From NCBI GenBank assembly GCA_032249395.1, contig JAVVFY010000002.1, forward strand, positions 4,239 to 68,238: a stretch of 64,000 nt of DNA, in the 5' to 3' direction. Position numbers and translations under genes: made by a program. Source of the DNA: Candidatus Aenigmatarchaeota archaeon (lineage in GTDB: Archaea > Aenigmatarchaeota > Aenigmatarchaeia > CG10238-14 > SpSt-28). Below are positions 28,909 through 37,396 of this stretch, in pieces. Below the pieces are notes generated by a model. That model did no database searches. It saw only the letters and a program-made list of their open reading frames with translations, and had not been told where the DNA came from. How positions within the stretch are numbered: the first letter of the stretch is position 1; the number at the start of each line of letters is the position of its first letter.

Positions 28909-29292
28909 TTATTTCTTCGCTTCCTCTTTTTTCTTTGCTTTTTTCTTTTCTTTCTTTTCTACTTTTTCTTCGCTCTCTACTTTTTCTTCCTTAGCCTGCG
29001 CTTGTTTCTTTAATTCAGCTGCTGAAGGCAATTTCAATCCAAATTTTTCGACTAAACCGCTATTCTTCCATGCTTCTAATAGTTCTTCGTCGCTCACATC
29101 TTCTTTTATTTCTAGCTTATATTGCAAAGGTTGTAAATGAATGACGTTTGCTCTTCTTCTTTTAACTCCAGTTAAAGCCTTTGGTCCGCTTACGATAACA
29201 AAATTCTTATCAACTTTTTTAACGACCACGCAATATTTCCCTTTTTCTTTCCCGACAGTTTTAACACAAACTTGTCCTATCTCCATTTTCAT
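28909..29292 (-). CDS. rpl14e: 50S ribosomal protein L14e
   Basis: IGQVCVKTVGKEKGKYCVV..GP..GVKRRRAN. Confidence 0.94.
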   Translation of the reverse strand: MKMEIGQVCVKTVGKEKGKYCVVVKKVDKNFVIVSGPKALTGVKRRRANVIHLQPLQYKLEIKEDVSDEELLEAWKNSGLVEKFGLKLPSAAELKKQAQAKEEKVESEEKVEKKEKKKAKKKEEAKK

Positions 29293-29750
29293 CTAACCCC
29301 CAACATTTTATCAATAATAAAAGTTAATACTAAACATAAAATAGCATATACATATATTAAACTAACTTTATTTGGAAAAGAAAAAGGTAGATAGACGTAA
29401 TAGCCAGAATAATTAAACGACACCCAAGAAAAAAATAAAATTCCTATTAATAGCGAAAAGATAGCTACTTTAATATTTTCTTTAATTAACTTTATGTTGG
29501 CATCTGCAAGTTCTCCCATTAATCTATTAAATTCTTTTTTGTTTTTGTCCTTTAATATATTAATTTTCCTACTAATAGCATCTATTTTTTCTTTTATTTC
29601 GACAAAGTTTCTATTACTAAAAACTTTTTTCTTGTAAAAAGATGTAATGATGGAAAAAGCAAGAGAAAGTATTAAAATTTGTATTAAAGGAGGAAATATA
29701 GTAATAGGAAATAAAAATATATCTGCTATTTTTGAGATGTAAACTATCAT
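29289..29750 (-). CDS. DUF106/EMC3-TMCO1 (Oxa1 superfamily) membrane protein
   Basis: TM, coiled-coil, TM, TM layout directly downstream of secY. Confidence 0.7.
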   Translation of the reverse strand: MIVYISKIADIFLFPITIFPPLIQILILSLAFSIITSFYKKKVFSNRNFVEIKEKIDAISRKINILKDKNKKEFNRLMGELADANIKLIKENIKVAIFSLLIGILFFSWVSFNYSGYYVYLPFSFPNKVSLIYVYAILCLVLTFIIDKMLGVR

Positions 29751-31193
29751 TCAACCACCAAACAACTTCTTAACGATTTCAGGCATCCCTTCAATATCCT
29801 CATTTCTAATAATTTCATAGTAATTATAAATAATCATCACGCTTAACAATAAACCAACCCCACCCCCAATAACTCCAAACAAATCACCAATCACAGCTAA
29901 ACACCCGACAAAAAATCCACCTAAAACTGATAAAGGTGGTATGTACTTGTTTAAAACGTGTTCTATAACCCTTTGGTCTCTTCTATATCCAGGTATTTGC
30001 ATACCTATTATTGTCAATTGTTCGGCAACAGATTTGGCATTCATACCACTGGTCTCAACCCAAATTACAGAAAATATTGTAGTAAGGATAATCATTATAG
30101 TTGAATAAATTATAATCCTCATTATTTCTTTACTCGTTATACCTTCTACCATCAAATTAAAAATACTTGTTGGAGTGGAAATATAATATGCAAAGCCACT
30201 TATAGCATTTCCGTTTTCGTCAAAACATCCTAGTAAGCCACACATTCTGCCATCAATATTAGTTAACCCAACTCTAGACATTAATTGCAAATTAGCTAGA
30301 AAAGCAAAAGCAAAAATAACAGGGATGTTGCTAGTATAAAGGAGTTTTAAACTCCACGTTCTTCCGAATCCTCTAAATGCGGAAAAAGCCAACGGTATAT
30401 CAACGCTTATGCCTTGAATAAAAACAACTATTAAAAATAATATGCCGGTAGAAATTATTGGAAATAGAGCCAGTAATGCATTTTTTGGATTATTGCTATA
30501 GAAGTTTATTAACATATCCCAAAATAGTCCTACAGGCAAGTTGGTTGAAGATGGAATGCACATAGATATACTACGAATTGAGCATTCAGGTGGGAAAGGC
30601 GAAAATATTCTAACGAATATTTGTGTAGATATACCGGCAACTATGAAAAGGCTTATTCCAGATCCAAGACCCCATTTGCTTACTAGATCATCCATCAAAA
30701 TTACTAAAAATCCTCCTAGAGCAATTTGAAAAACAACAAAAGGTAAAAGAAGTGTCGTTGTAGTTAAAGGACCGAATATTACGTATGCAAATGCCTCTAT
30801 TACACAGAAGATAAGAGCTAATAACTTCATCCAACTCTGAAACTTTTTTCTTCCTTCGGGCTTAGTAGTGTCTAAAGGTAGTATTTTTGAGCCAACTAAC
30901 AACTGAAGAATTATTCCAGCTGTAACTATAGGACCTATTCCCAAAGTCAATAAACTTCCGAATCTCGCACCAAGTAAATGCTGGATTGTTAGAAAAAATT
31001 GAGCTTGGGGGGTTAGTGCTAGTCCTATAACTGGAACGTATGATAAAAAGATGTATATAAATAATGTCACCAATGTCCACTTTAGTTTTTCTTTAAAGCT
31101 TAATCTATATAAAGGTGGCGAAACTATAGGAAAATATTTTACTAGTTTTTCAATAGTATTACCAATCTGCATAAATATTCTTCTACTTTGCAT
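29751..31193 (-). CDS. secY: Preprotein translocase SecY
   Basis: LGIGPIVTAGIILQLL, KWGLGSGISLFI, LLYTSNIPVI, IPGYRRD. Confidence 0.97.
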   Translation of the reverse strand: MQSRRIFMQIGNTIEKLVKYFPIVSPPLYRLSFKEKLKWTLVTLFIYIFLSYVPVIGLALTPQAQFFLTIQHLLGARFGSLLTLGIGPIVTAGIILQLLVGSKILPLDTTKPEGRKKFQSWMKLLALIFCVIEAFAYVIFGPLTTTTLLLPFVVFQIALGGFLVILMDDLVSKWGLGSGISLFIVAGISTQIFVRIFSPFPPECSIRSISMCIPSSTNLPVGLFWDMLINFYSNNPKNALLALFPIISTGILFLIVVFIQGISVDIPLAFSAFRGFGRTWSLKLLYTSNIPVIFAFAFLANLQLMSRVGLTNIDGRMCGLLGCFDENGNAISGFAYYISTPTSIFNLMVEGITSKEIMRIIIYSTIMIILTTIFSVIWVETSGMNAKSVAEQLTIIGMQIPGYRRDQRVIEHVLNKYIPPLSVLGGFFVGCLAVIGDLFGVIGGGVGLLLSVMIIYNYYEIIRNEDIEGMPEIVKKLFGG

Positions 31194-31596
31194 TAAAATG
31201 AGTTATTATAACGTTTCCACCTTTTTCCTTTAGTTTTTCTATGGCCTTTTTAGAAGCTTCTTTAACTTCTACAATAATAGGATACTCGACGTTTCCTCTC
31301 CCCAATAATTTATCATATCCTAATTCATTCAGATTTATCTTCAAGTTTTCTGAGCTTATATTCTTTTCTTCAATCATTTTTTTTACTAAATCGTTAAGTT
31401 CGTCTAAGTTTATTACGGATTTTTCTTTCCTAAGAGGATACTTGAAACCTTTCTCACGCTCCTTCCATTTCATTTTGTGCTTATGTAAACTAACATTTCC
31501 TCTACCACCCCTCGAGCCTCCACCCCTCCACTTAGCATGTCTACCATGGTAAGTTCTTTCGCCTCTTCTCCTCTTTTTCTCTCTTCTAACTACCAT
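31183..31596 (-). CDS. rpl15: 50S ribosomal protein L15
   Basis: RGGGSRGGRG, KLLGRG, SKKAIEK. Confidence 0.94.
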   Translation of the reverse strand: MVVRREKKRRRGERTYHGRHAKWRGGGSRGGRGNVSLHKHKMKWKEREKGFKYPLRKEKSVINLDELNDLVKKMIEEKNISSENLKINLNELGYDKLLGRGNVEYPIIVEVKEASKKAIEKLKEKGGNVIITHFNAK

Positions 31597-32061
31597 CTAA
31601 ATCATCCTTCTAAGTAACTCATTAATTTCTTTGCCTCTATAACCCAGATCGCCTTTTGGCCAATGTTCCTTTATACTTTTTAAACCTTTAGAAGGCGGTC
31701 TTAAGCGAAAGAATGGGTGAAATGCCTCAAACTGCTTTAATATTACCCTACCGGATAATAAAGCGTCTGCAAACTCCTCAAAACTGTTAAATCCTGTTAT
31801 TTTTCTCAAATCTTCCTCACTCACTTTCTTGTTCCCTTCTCCTTTCATCCTCAATCTCTTTCTGAGCAATTGTATTAGTGTATCTCTATCTATTTCTCCA
31901 TAAGTGATGAAATCTTTTACCTTTTCAAGCATTCCCCTTATAGAATCTGTTTCTGGTAAAATATTACAGAAATATAGCCTTTTCAATCTCAAGAGCTTCA
32001 ACGTATCTTCTATTTTTCTTGGAACTCCAACAACTCCTCTAATTCTTATAACTGCATACAT
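31597..32061 (-). CDS. rpl30: 50S ribosomal protein L30
   Basis: YAVIRIRG, TYGEI, FRLRPP, LGYRG.EINELL. Confidence 0.95.
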   Translation of the reverse strand: MYAVIRIRGVVGVPRKIEDTLKLLRLKRLYFCNILPETDSIRGMLEKVKDFITYGEIDRDTLIQLLRKRLRMKGEGNKKVSEEDLRKITGFNSFEEFADALLSGRVILKQFEAFHPFFRLRPPSKGLKSIKEHWPKGDLGYRGKEINELLRRMI

Positions 32062-32067
32062 TAGCTA

Positions 32068-32769
32068 TCACCTTTGGTATATGTACAAATTTTTAAAAGC
32101 TTTGTAAATTGCGGTTATTAAATTTATATGAGTACTAGTTTTTCCAAAAGTTTTTACCCAGATATCTTTAATTCCAGCCAATCTTAAAATTTTCTTGCTC
32201 TCGTCGTCGGCAACTAGCCCAACACCTTTTGGAGCTGGCATTAAAACTACTTTCACGCTTCCGCATTTGCCCTCAGTCTTAAATGGTATTGAATGTGGCG
32301 TTTCACAACCACATTCCCAACTACCACAACCTCTCAAAACTTTTATTATGTTCATTTTTGCTCTTCTTCTAGCTTTTTCGACAGCCCTTCTTGCATCCAC
32401 AGAAACTCCTTTACCAATACCAACATATCCGTCTTCATTTCCGACAACAATAAATGCAGACATTCTAAATCTTCTTCCAGATTTAGTAACCCTTGCAGTG
32501 ATTCTAATTGGAATTCTCTGTGCTCCACCTCCCTTTCCTGTTCTTTTTCCAATAAGTATAAACTCTTCTTTTAATCCGGGTAAAAGATAATCAACAATCT
32601 CTGGTTCTAATATTCTTTTTCCACTTTCCAAAATCTCATCAATACTCTTTATTTTACCTGCTAAAACGTCTCTGCCAAGCTGAGTTTTGGGTTTCCAGGC
32701 CTTTTCCACCCTAGATAAGCTACCTTCTTCCGAAATTTCAGCTTCTCCTTTTTCACTATTTTCCCCCAC
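32068..32769 (-). CDS. rps5: 30S ribosomal protein S5
   Basis: WKPKTQLG, GCGSWEC, PAPKGVGLV. Confidence 0.96.
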   Translation of the reverse strand: MGENSEKGEAEISEEGSLSRVEKAWKPKTQLGRDVLAGKIKSIDEILESGKRILEPEIVDYLLPGLKEEFILIGKRTGKGGGAQRIPIRITARVTKSGRRFRMSAFIVVGNEDGYVGIGKGVSVDARRAVEKARRRAKMNIIKVLRGCGSWECGCETPHSIPFKTEGKCGSVKVVLMPAPKGVGLVADDESKKILRLAGIKDIWVKTFGKTSTHINLITAIYKAFKNLYIYQR

Positions 32770-33274
32770 TAAACATCACCTCAATATTCCTTTTTACTTC
32801 TTCAAAATTTTTAGCTACTTCCTCGCTTATATGCAAACCTTTTATTCTATCTTCAGTAGGAAACATTTCCTCACTACAAGGAACATTTAAACCTGCATCT
32901 ATTGCTCCCTTGGCAAAAGCATACATCCTTCCTCCTTTAGTAGATGTGTAAAGACCAATATCTAAAACTGCTTCCTTAACTCCTTTTGATAAAGCCATTT
33001 TGCCCAATAAATATCCAGTTAAATAACTTGCTGGCGTATTATCACAAGCAAATTTCCATCCGTATTTTTTCAAAATTTTTGAGGTTATTCCAACTAGCGT
33101 CACATCTCCTTTTTTATCAAAATTGATAATTTGGCCAATTATATACTTTAAAGTCTTCCTATAGACAAGCCTCGGTTTTTCGGATAAAAGCAACTTTAAT
33201 CTTTTCTTATAGTTTGTTTTGCCTTCTCTTCTTCTTCTAAAATGAATTCTGTATGTTGGTGATATCTTTGGCAT
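32756..33274 (-). CDS. rpl18: 50S ribosomal protein L18
   Basis: RRRREGKTNYKKRL, NTPASYLTG, LDIGL. Confidence 0.96.
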   Translation of the reverse strand: MPKISPTYRIHFRRRREGKTNYKKRLKLLLSEKPRLVYRKTLKYIIGQIINFDKKGDVTLVGITSKILKKYGWKFACDNTPASYLTGYLLGKMALSKGVKEAVLDIGLYTSTKGGRMYAFAKGAIDAGLNVPCSEEMFPTEDRIKGLHISEEVAKNFEEVKRNIEVMFSGGK

Positions 33275-33706
33275 TTACTCACCCTTTATAAGTTTATGCT
33301 GCTCTAAGTATAGCTTCATATGTGCTCTACTCTTAAACATTCCACCTTTTATCCATTTTCTGACAAGCTTATAAGTTTTGTTGTCAATCTTACCTTTTTC
33401 CTTAAGTTCTCTTGCAAATTCTCTCAAACTTCTAACAAGATTTATCCATCTTCTTTTTCTAGGAACAATAGAATATTTCTTACCTTTTTTGCTTCCTTCA
33501 TATCTTCTCTTTTTCTTCTTCTCCTTCGGCTTCTTAAGTTTCTCCTTCCTGGCCTTTATATAACCTCTCTCTATAAGCCTTCTTATATCAGCTTTAGTAA
33601 CGGCTTTCTCAATCTCATCAATTTTAGTAGGATCGAACCAAATTTTACTTTCTCCAACCTTCAATATCTCTGCTGCAAGCCTTCTTTGTGTCTTCATTTC
33701 GATCAC
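33275..33706 (-). CDS. rpl19e: 50S ribosomal protein L19e
   Basis: QRRLAAEILKVG..IWFDP, KGGMFKS. Confidence 0.96.
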   Translation of the reverse strand: MIEMKTQRRLAAEILKVGESKIWFDPTKIDEIEKAVTKADIRRLIERGYIKARKEKLKKPKEKKKKRRYEGSKKGKKYSIVPRKRRWINLVRSLREFARELKEKGKIDNKTYKLVRKWIKGGMFKSRAHMKLYLEQHKLIKGE

Positions 33707-34044
33707 TCATTCAAGATTTTTATTTTTAGTTCTTTTGCCTTTTTAACTATTTCCTCTCTTTTTTTCTTACCAACTGTAGCTGCTATTCTTATTGCTTCTT
33801 TTGAAGGATCTATTCTCTCTAAATCTTTCAGATTTCTAACAAGAACCTCTTTAAAACCAGATGGATGTAAACCTCTAACTTCTTTTGGCTGTCTATAACC
33901 AATGTCTGGCATTTTAGGTTTGCTTTTCTCTTTCTGTCTAACTTTGCTATGCAATCCTCTAGGCCTTCTCCAACTTTCTTTTATCCTTTTTATAGTTCCG
34001 GCCAAAGGTCTTCTAAATTCTGGAATTTTTCTTTTTTTAATCAT
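33703..34044 (-). CDS. rpl32e: 50S ribosomal protein L32e
   Basis: WRRPRGLHSK, GYRQPKEVRGLHPSG. Confidence 0.96.
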   Translation of the reverse strand: MIKKRKIPEFRRPLAGTIKRIKESWRRPRGLHSKVRQKEKSKPKMPDIGYRQPKEVRGLHPSGFKEVLVRNLKDLERIDPSKEAIRIAATVGKKKREEIVKKAKELKIKILNE

Positions 34045-34477
34045 ATTTACCACTCCAGTATGTTCCTCCTTTCTTCTTCCACTTCAAATAATCTTGAAGT
34101 ATTTTCGCATGATCAAAAGCAAAATCAATACTTTTAGCGTCTTTAATATTAATCCACATTGCTTCAGTTTCAAAAGAATTTTTAGTTTTTGTTGTTTTTG
34201 GTCTGCAAATAAATACTACGCTAATAGTATGACCTCTTGGGTCTCTATCTTTTTTTGAATAAACGCCAAGAATCTCTTTTGGTTCTACCTTAATACCTGT
34301 TTCCTCGAAAGTCTCTCTAACAACACAATCTTCTATAGATTCTCCATATTTCAAATGCCCTCCTGGAAAAGCAAACTTGCCTATAAATGGGGGAATTCTC
34401 CTTTTAACTAGTAAAATCTTTCCCTTTCTCTCAGCTATACAATCCGCTGTAATTCTTGTATAAGGAAATAACATCAC
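34037..34477 (-). CDS. NUDIX hydrolase
   Basis: PGGHLKYGESIEDCVVRETFEETG NUDIX box, RDPRGH, AFDH. Confidence 0.93.
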   Translation of the reverse strand: MMLFPYTRITADCIAERKGKILLVKRRIPPFIGKFAFPGGHLKYGESIEDCVVRETFEETGIKVEPKEILGVYSKKDRDPRGHTISVVFICRPKTTKTKNSFETEAMWINIKDAKSIDFAFDHAKILQDYLKWKKKGGTYWSGKYD

Positions 34478-35004
34478 TCTTCACCTTTACTAACTATAAA
34501 TATACCATCTTGGAACACTCTCCTATCTTTGCCAACAATTCTTGTTGCTTGTTCTATATTACCAGCGGTTTGACCTACAGCATCAATATCAATACCAGAA
34601 ACTAATATTTCTTGTCCTTTTATTTCAACTTTTGTGTTTCCTATAATTTTTGCCTCTCTGGGCTTTCTTTCTCCCAAGAAATTTTGAATTATAACTCTAT
34701 CTCCTTCAACTTTAACGGTTATTGGAAAGTGTGAATAGATTATCTTTAGCTTATACACATAACCTTTTGTAACACCCTCAATCATATTTCTTATGTGAGC
34801 AGCAATAGTTCCAGCTATGGCTTTTATTTTTCTTCTCTCATTCTCAGTATAAACTCTAACCTTTCCTTCAACAAGCTCAACTTTGACGTCTTTAGGTATT
34901 ATGAAGCTCTTTTCTAATTCTCCCTTTGGTCCAACAACCTTAACACTATTTCCTCTAATTTCAACCTTTACTTCTTGTGGCACTTTAACTTCTTTAACAA
35001 ACAT
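34474..35004 (-). CDS. rpl6: 50S ribosomal protein L6
   Basis: GPKGEL, YSHFP, NFLGE, DRRVFQDGIFI. Confidence 0.96.
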   Translation of the reverse strand: MFVKEVKVPQEVKVEIRGNSVKVVGPKGELEKSFIIPKDVKVELVEGKVRVYTENERRKIKAIAGTIAAHIRNMIEGVTKGYVYKLKIIYSHFPITVKVEGDRVIIQNFLGERKPREAKIIGNTKVEIKGQEILVSGIDIDAVGQTAGNIEQATRIVGKDRRVFQDGIFIVSKGEE

Positions 35005-35012
35005 ATAAATCA

Positions 35013-35399
35013 CTAATAACAATATGCTAAAAGTTTTCCTCCTAAATGCAGACTTTTAGCAGTCTTATGATCCATAACGCCCTTACTAGTTGTTAAAATT
35101 AAAATTCCAACATCTCTAGCGGGTAAAAATCTTTTTTCCCATTTTTCAAATTCATCAACTCTAACACTAAATCTTGGTTTAATAACGTTTGTATCTATAA
35201 TCTTTCCTTTTAACTCAATTTTAAATATTCCAGATTTTCCGTCGTGTATCAACTCGTAAGCCCCTATGTAATCGTGTTGCTGCAGTACTTTCAAAACCCT
35301 TTCTATCAATTTACTCGCTTTTACAAAGCATTCCTTCTTTCCAATCCTATCAGCATTCTTTATTGCGCTCAATGCGTCAGCAAGCAAATCGTGCCTCAT
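35013..35399 (-). CDS. rps8: 30S ribosomal protein S8
   Basis: DLLADAL, IKPRF, LTTSKGVM, GGKLLAY. Confidence 0.96.
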   Translation of the reverse strand: MRHDLLADALSAIKNADRIGKKECFVKASKLIERVLKVLQQHDYIGAYELIHDGKSGIFKIELKGKIIDTNVIKPRFSVRVDEFEKWEKRFLPARDVGILILTTSKGVMDHKTAKSLHLGGKLLAYCY

Positions 35400-35439
35400 A
35401 ACTAAACATTTTGGTTTAAAAGTTTAAAACTATTATCCT

Positions 35440-35512
35440 TGCGCCAGCCGGGATTTGAACCCGGGCTCCGAGCTTGGAAGGCTCGTGTCCTACCAGGCTA
35501 GACGACTGGCGC
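35440..35512 (-). tRNA. tRNA-Gly(TCC)
   Basis: GCGCCAG/CTGGCGC acceptor, CGAGC-CTTCCAA-GCTCG anticodon arm. Confidence 0.95.
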
Positions 35513-35548
35513 ATTATTATTGTTATTTTTTACAATCTAAAAAGATTT

Positions 35549-35692
35549 ATGGAAAGAGAAAGATTTATAAAGAAAAAGATTGAAGAATTGAAAGAAAAAT
35601 TGCCAGGTATTGATGAAAAATCTCTAGAAAAAGATCTAATTCCATTAGAAGGAAACGAAATTGGGATAAAAATAAAAAAGAAAAAGATTTAG
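35549..35692 (+). CDS. Small hypothetical protein
   Basis: 47-aa ATG ORF (MERERFIKKK...); the track start overlaps the tRNA so it was reassigned. Confidence 0.4.
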   Translation: MERERFIKKKIEELKEKLPGIDEKSLEKDLIPLEGNEIGIKIKKKKI

Positions 35693-36177
35693 AATTTATA
35701 TCCAATTTTCCTCAAAAATTCTTTTCTTTCTTGAATTTCTTTTTCTCCTTCTATTCCCTTTGATTTGAAACCATCAATCACTCCAAGAATTCCCCTTCCT
35801 TGCTCAGTTTCTGCGACTATAACTTGAACTGGGTTTCCAGTCGCACAGTAAATATTCGCCACCTCTGGAACCTCTTTTAATCTAGGAACTACGTTTATAG
35901 GATAGGCATTTCTCATGAAAATTAAGAAAGTATGACCTGCCGCTATTTCAAAAAGTTTTTCTGTTGCTAATTTCTCTAATTCCTCATCATTTCCACTATG
36001 TCTTATTAAACAAGGTCCGGAAGCTTCTGCAAAGGCTAAGCCAAACTTAATATTTGGAACACAATTCACTAGACACTCATGAATATCTTCTACCGTCTTT
36101 ATGAATCCTGCGTGTCCTATTATAACTTGTGTATCCTTTGGAACATCAATATTAATAACTTTTATTTCGACTTCCAT
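35689..36177 (-). CDS. Adenosine-specific kinase (DUF355)
   Basis: FIKTVEDI, FGLAFAEASG, AAGHTF, YCATGNP, GRGILGVIDG. Confidence 0.9.
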   Translation of the reverse strand: MEVEIKVINIDVPKDTQVIIGHAGFIKTVEDIHECLVNCVPNIKFGLAFAEASGPCLIRHSGNDEELEKLATEKLFEIAAGHTFLIFMRNAYPINVVPRLKEVPEVANIYCATGNPVQVIVAETEQGRGILGVIDGFKSKGIEGEKEIQERKEFLRKIGYKF

Positions 36178-36227
36178 ATTTTTCGTAAAAGTTACAAGAT
36201 TTAAAATTTTTTAAAAGACCACTAGTT

Positions 36228-37394
36228 TTATCCACTAATCATTGATTCAAAAAACTTTTGGAAATCTTTATCCTTTTCCAAAACTTTAAAGTAAGGTAAA
36301 AATTCGGTTCTTATTTTTTTGGTGGAACAATTTAGAAGTTTTGAAAGCTTCTTCAATTTTTCTTTTTCCTGTTCTCTTTCTTCTTTGCTAGAAGCCAAAT
36401 ATCTTAGTTTTGCTGGAAATTGATATTTTGTAAATTTTCTGTACATCTCATCCTTTGCTAAAGAAACTCCAGCTGTCATTAAGTCATTCATATACCTCAT
36501 GAGCTTCCAATAGTTTCTGCTCATTATTCTAGCTCTAAACAAATCGGCTTTTGCTAAAGCTTCATAAGCTCTTGCAATCTCTTCTGGCTTTTCATATTCA
36601 TTTGGAATATTCTCTTCTATCCACCACATTATAATTTCTGGTTCTAAATCAACATTGGCAATACTTAATTTAGCTCCAATTAAAGAAGTTGTTTTAAACA
36701 AAATTTTCAGTGCTTCAAACATATCTCTTTCTCTTTCTCTATAGCCGAGAACCTCTAAATCTTTCAAAGTTATTTTCTTTTTTCCTCTTGCGATAGTTTC
36801 TAAATCATTTATAGCTGCTCTCAAATCTCCCTCGCTCCTCTTCGCCAATTGGTTTAAAACTTCTTTGTCGTACTCTATGCCTTCTTTTTCACAAATTTCC
36901 TTTAGCTTTTTCTCAATATCCCAAACTGGTATATCTCCAAATGGAATTAACTCACAATACTCTCTCAATACTCTTAATTTCGGATCATACGGATCGTTTG
37001 CAGTTAAAACAACAGGATGTTTACTTTTTTTAATTATTTCAATAATTGCTTGAATTCCTCCAGCATCTTCTTTTCCGGAGATTCCATCAACCTCATCTAT
37101 CAAAAATATTCTTCCTTTTTTGAAAAAACTAGCAACTGCAGAAGCATGACCAAAAACCTCTTCTATTTGTTTCTTACTTCTAACATCACTGGCATTCATT
37201 TGAATTAACTCTAAATTTTTATCATTAGCAAAAGCTTCAACCAGACAAGTTTTTCCTGTACCTGGCTTACCATATAGCAATGCTGCATTGGAACCGGGTT
37301 TCCAATTTCTGTACCATTCTAAAAATTTTGCCAAAGCTTCTTTTTGGTCTACAAAATCCTTCAAACTTTTTGGTCTATATTTTATCGTAAACAT
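36228..37394 (-). CDS. rfcL: Replication factor C large subunit
   Basis: KYRPK, GKPGTGKT, NASDVR, IDEVDG, GDLRAAINDL. Confidence 0.95.
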   Translation of the reverse strand: MFTIKYRPKSLKDFVDQKEALAKFLEWYRNWKPGSNAALLYGKPGTGKTCLVEAFANDKNLELIQMNASDVRSKKQIEEVFGHASAVASFFKKGRIFLIDEVDGISGKEDAGGIQAIIEIIKKSKHPVVLTANDPYDPKLRVLREYCELIPFGDIPVWDIEKKLKEICEKEGIEYDKEVLNQLAKRSEGDLRAAINDLETIARGKKKITLKDLEVLGYRERERDMFEALKILFKTTSLIGAKLSIANVDLEPEIIMWWIEENIPNEYEKPEEIARAYEALAKADLFRARIMSRNYWKLMRYMNDLMTAGVSLAKDEMYRKFTKYQFPAKLRYLASSKEEREQEKEKLKKLSKLLNCSTKKIRTEFLPYFKVLEKDKDFQKFFESMISG

Positions 37395-37396
37395 AC

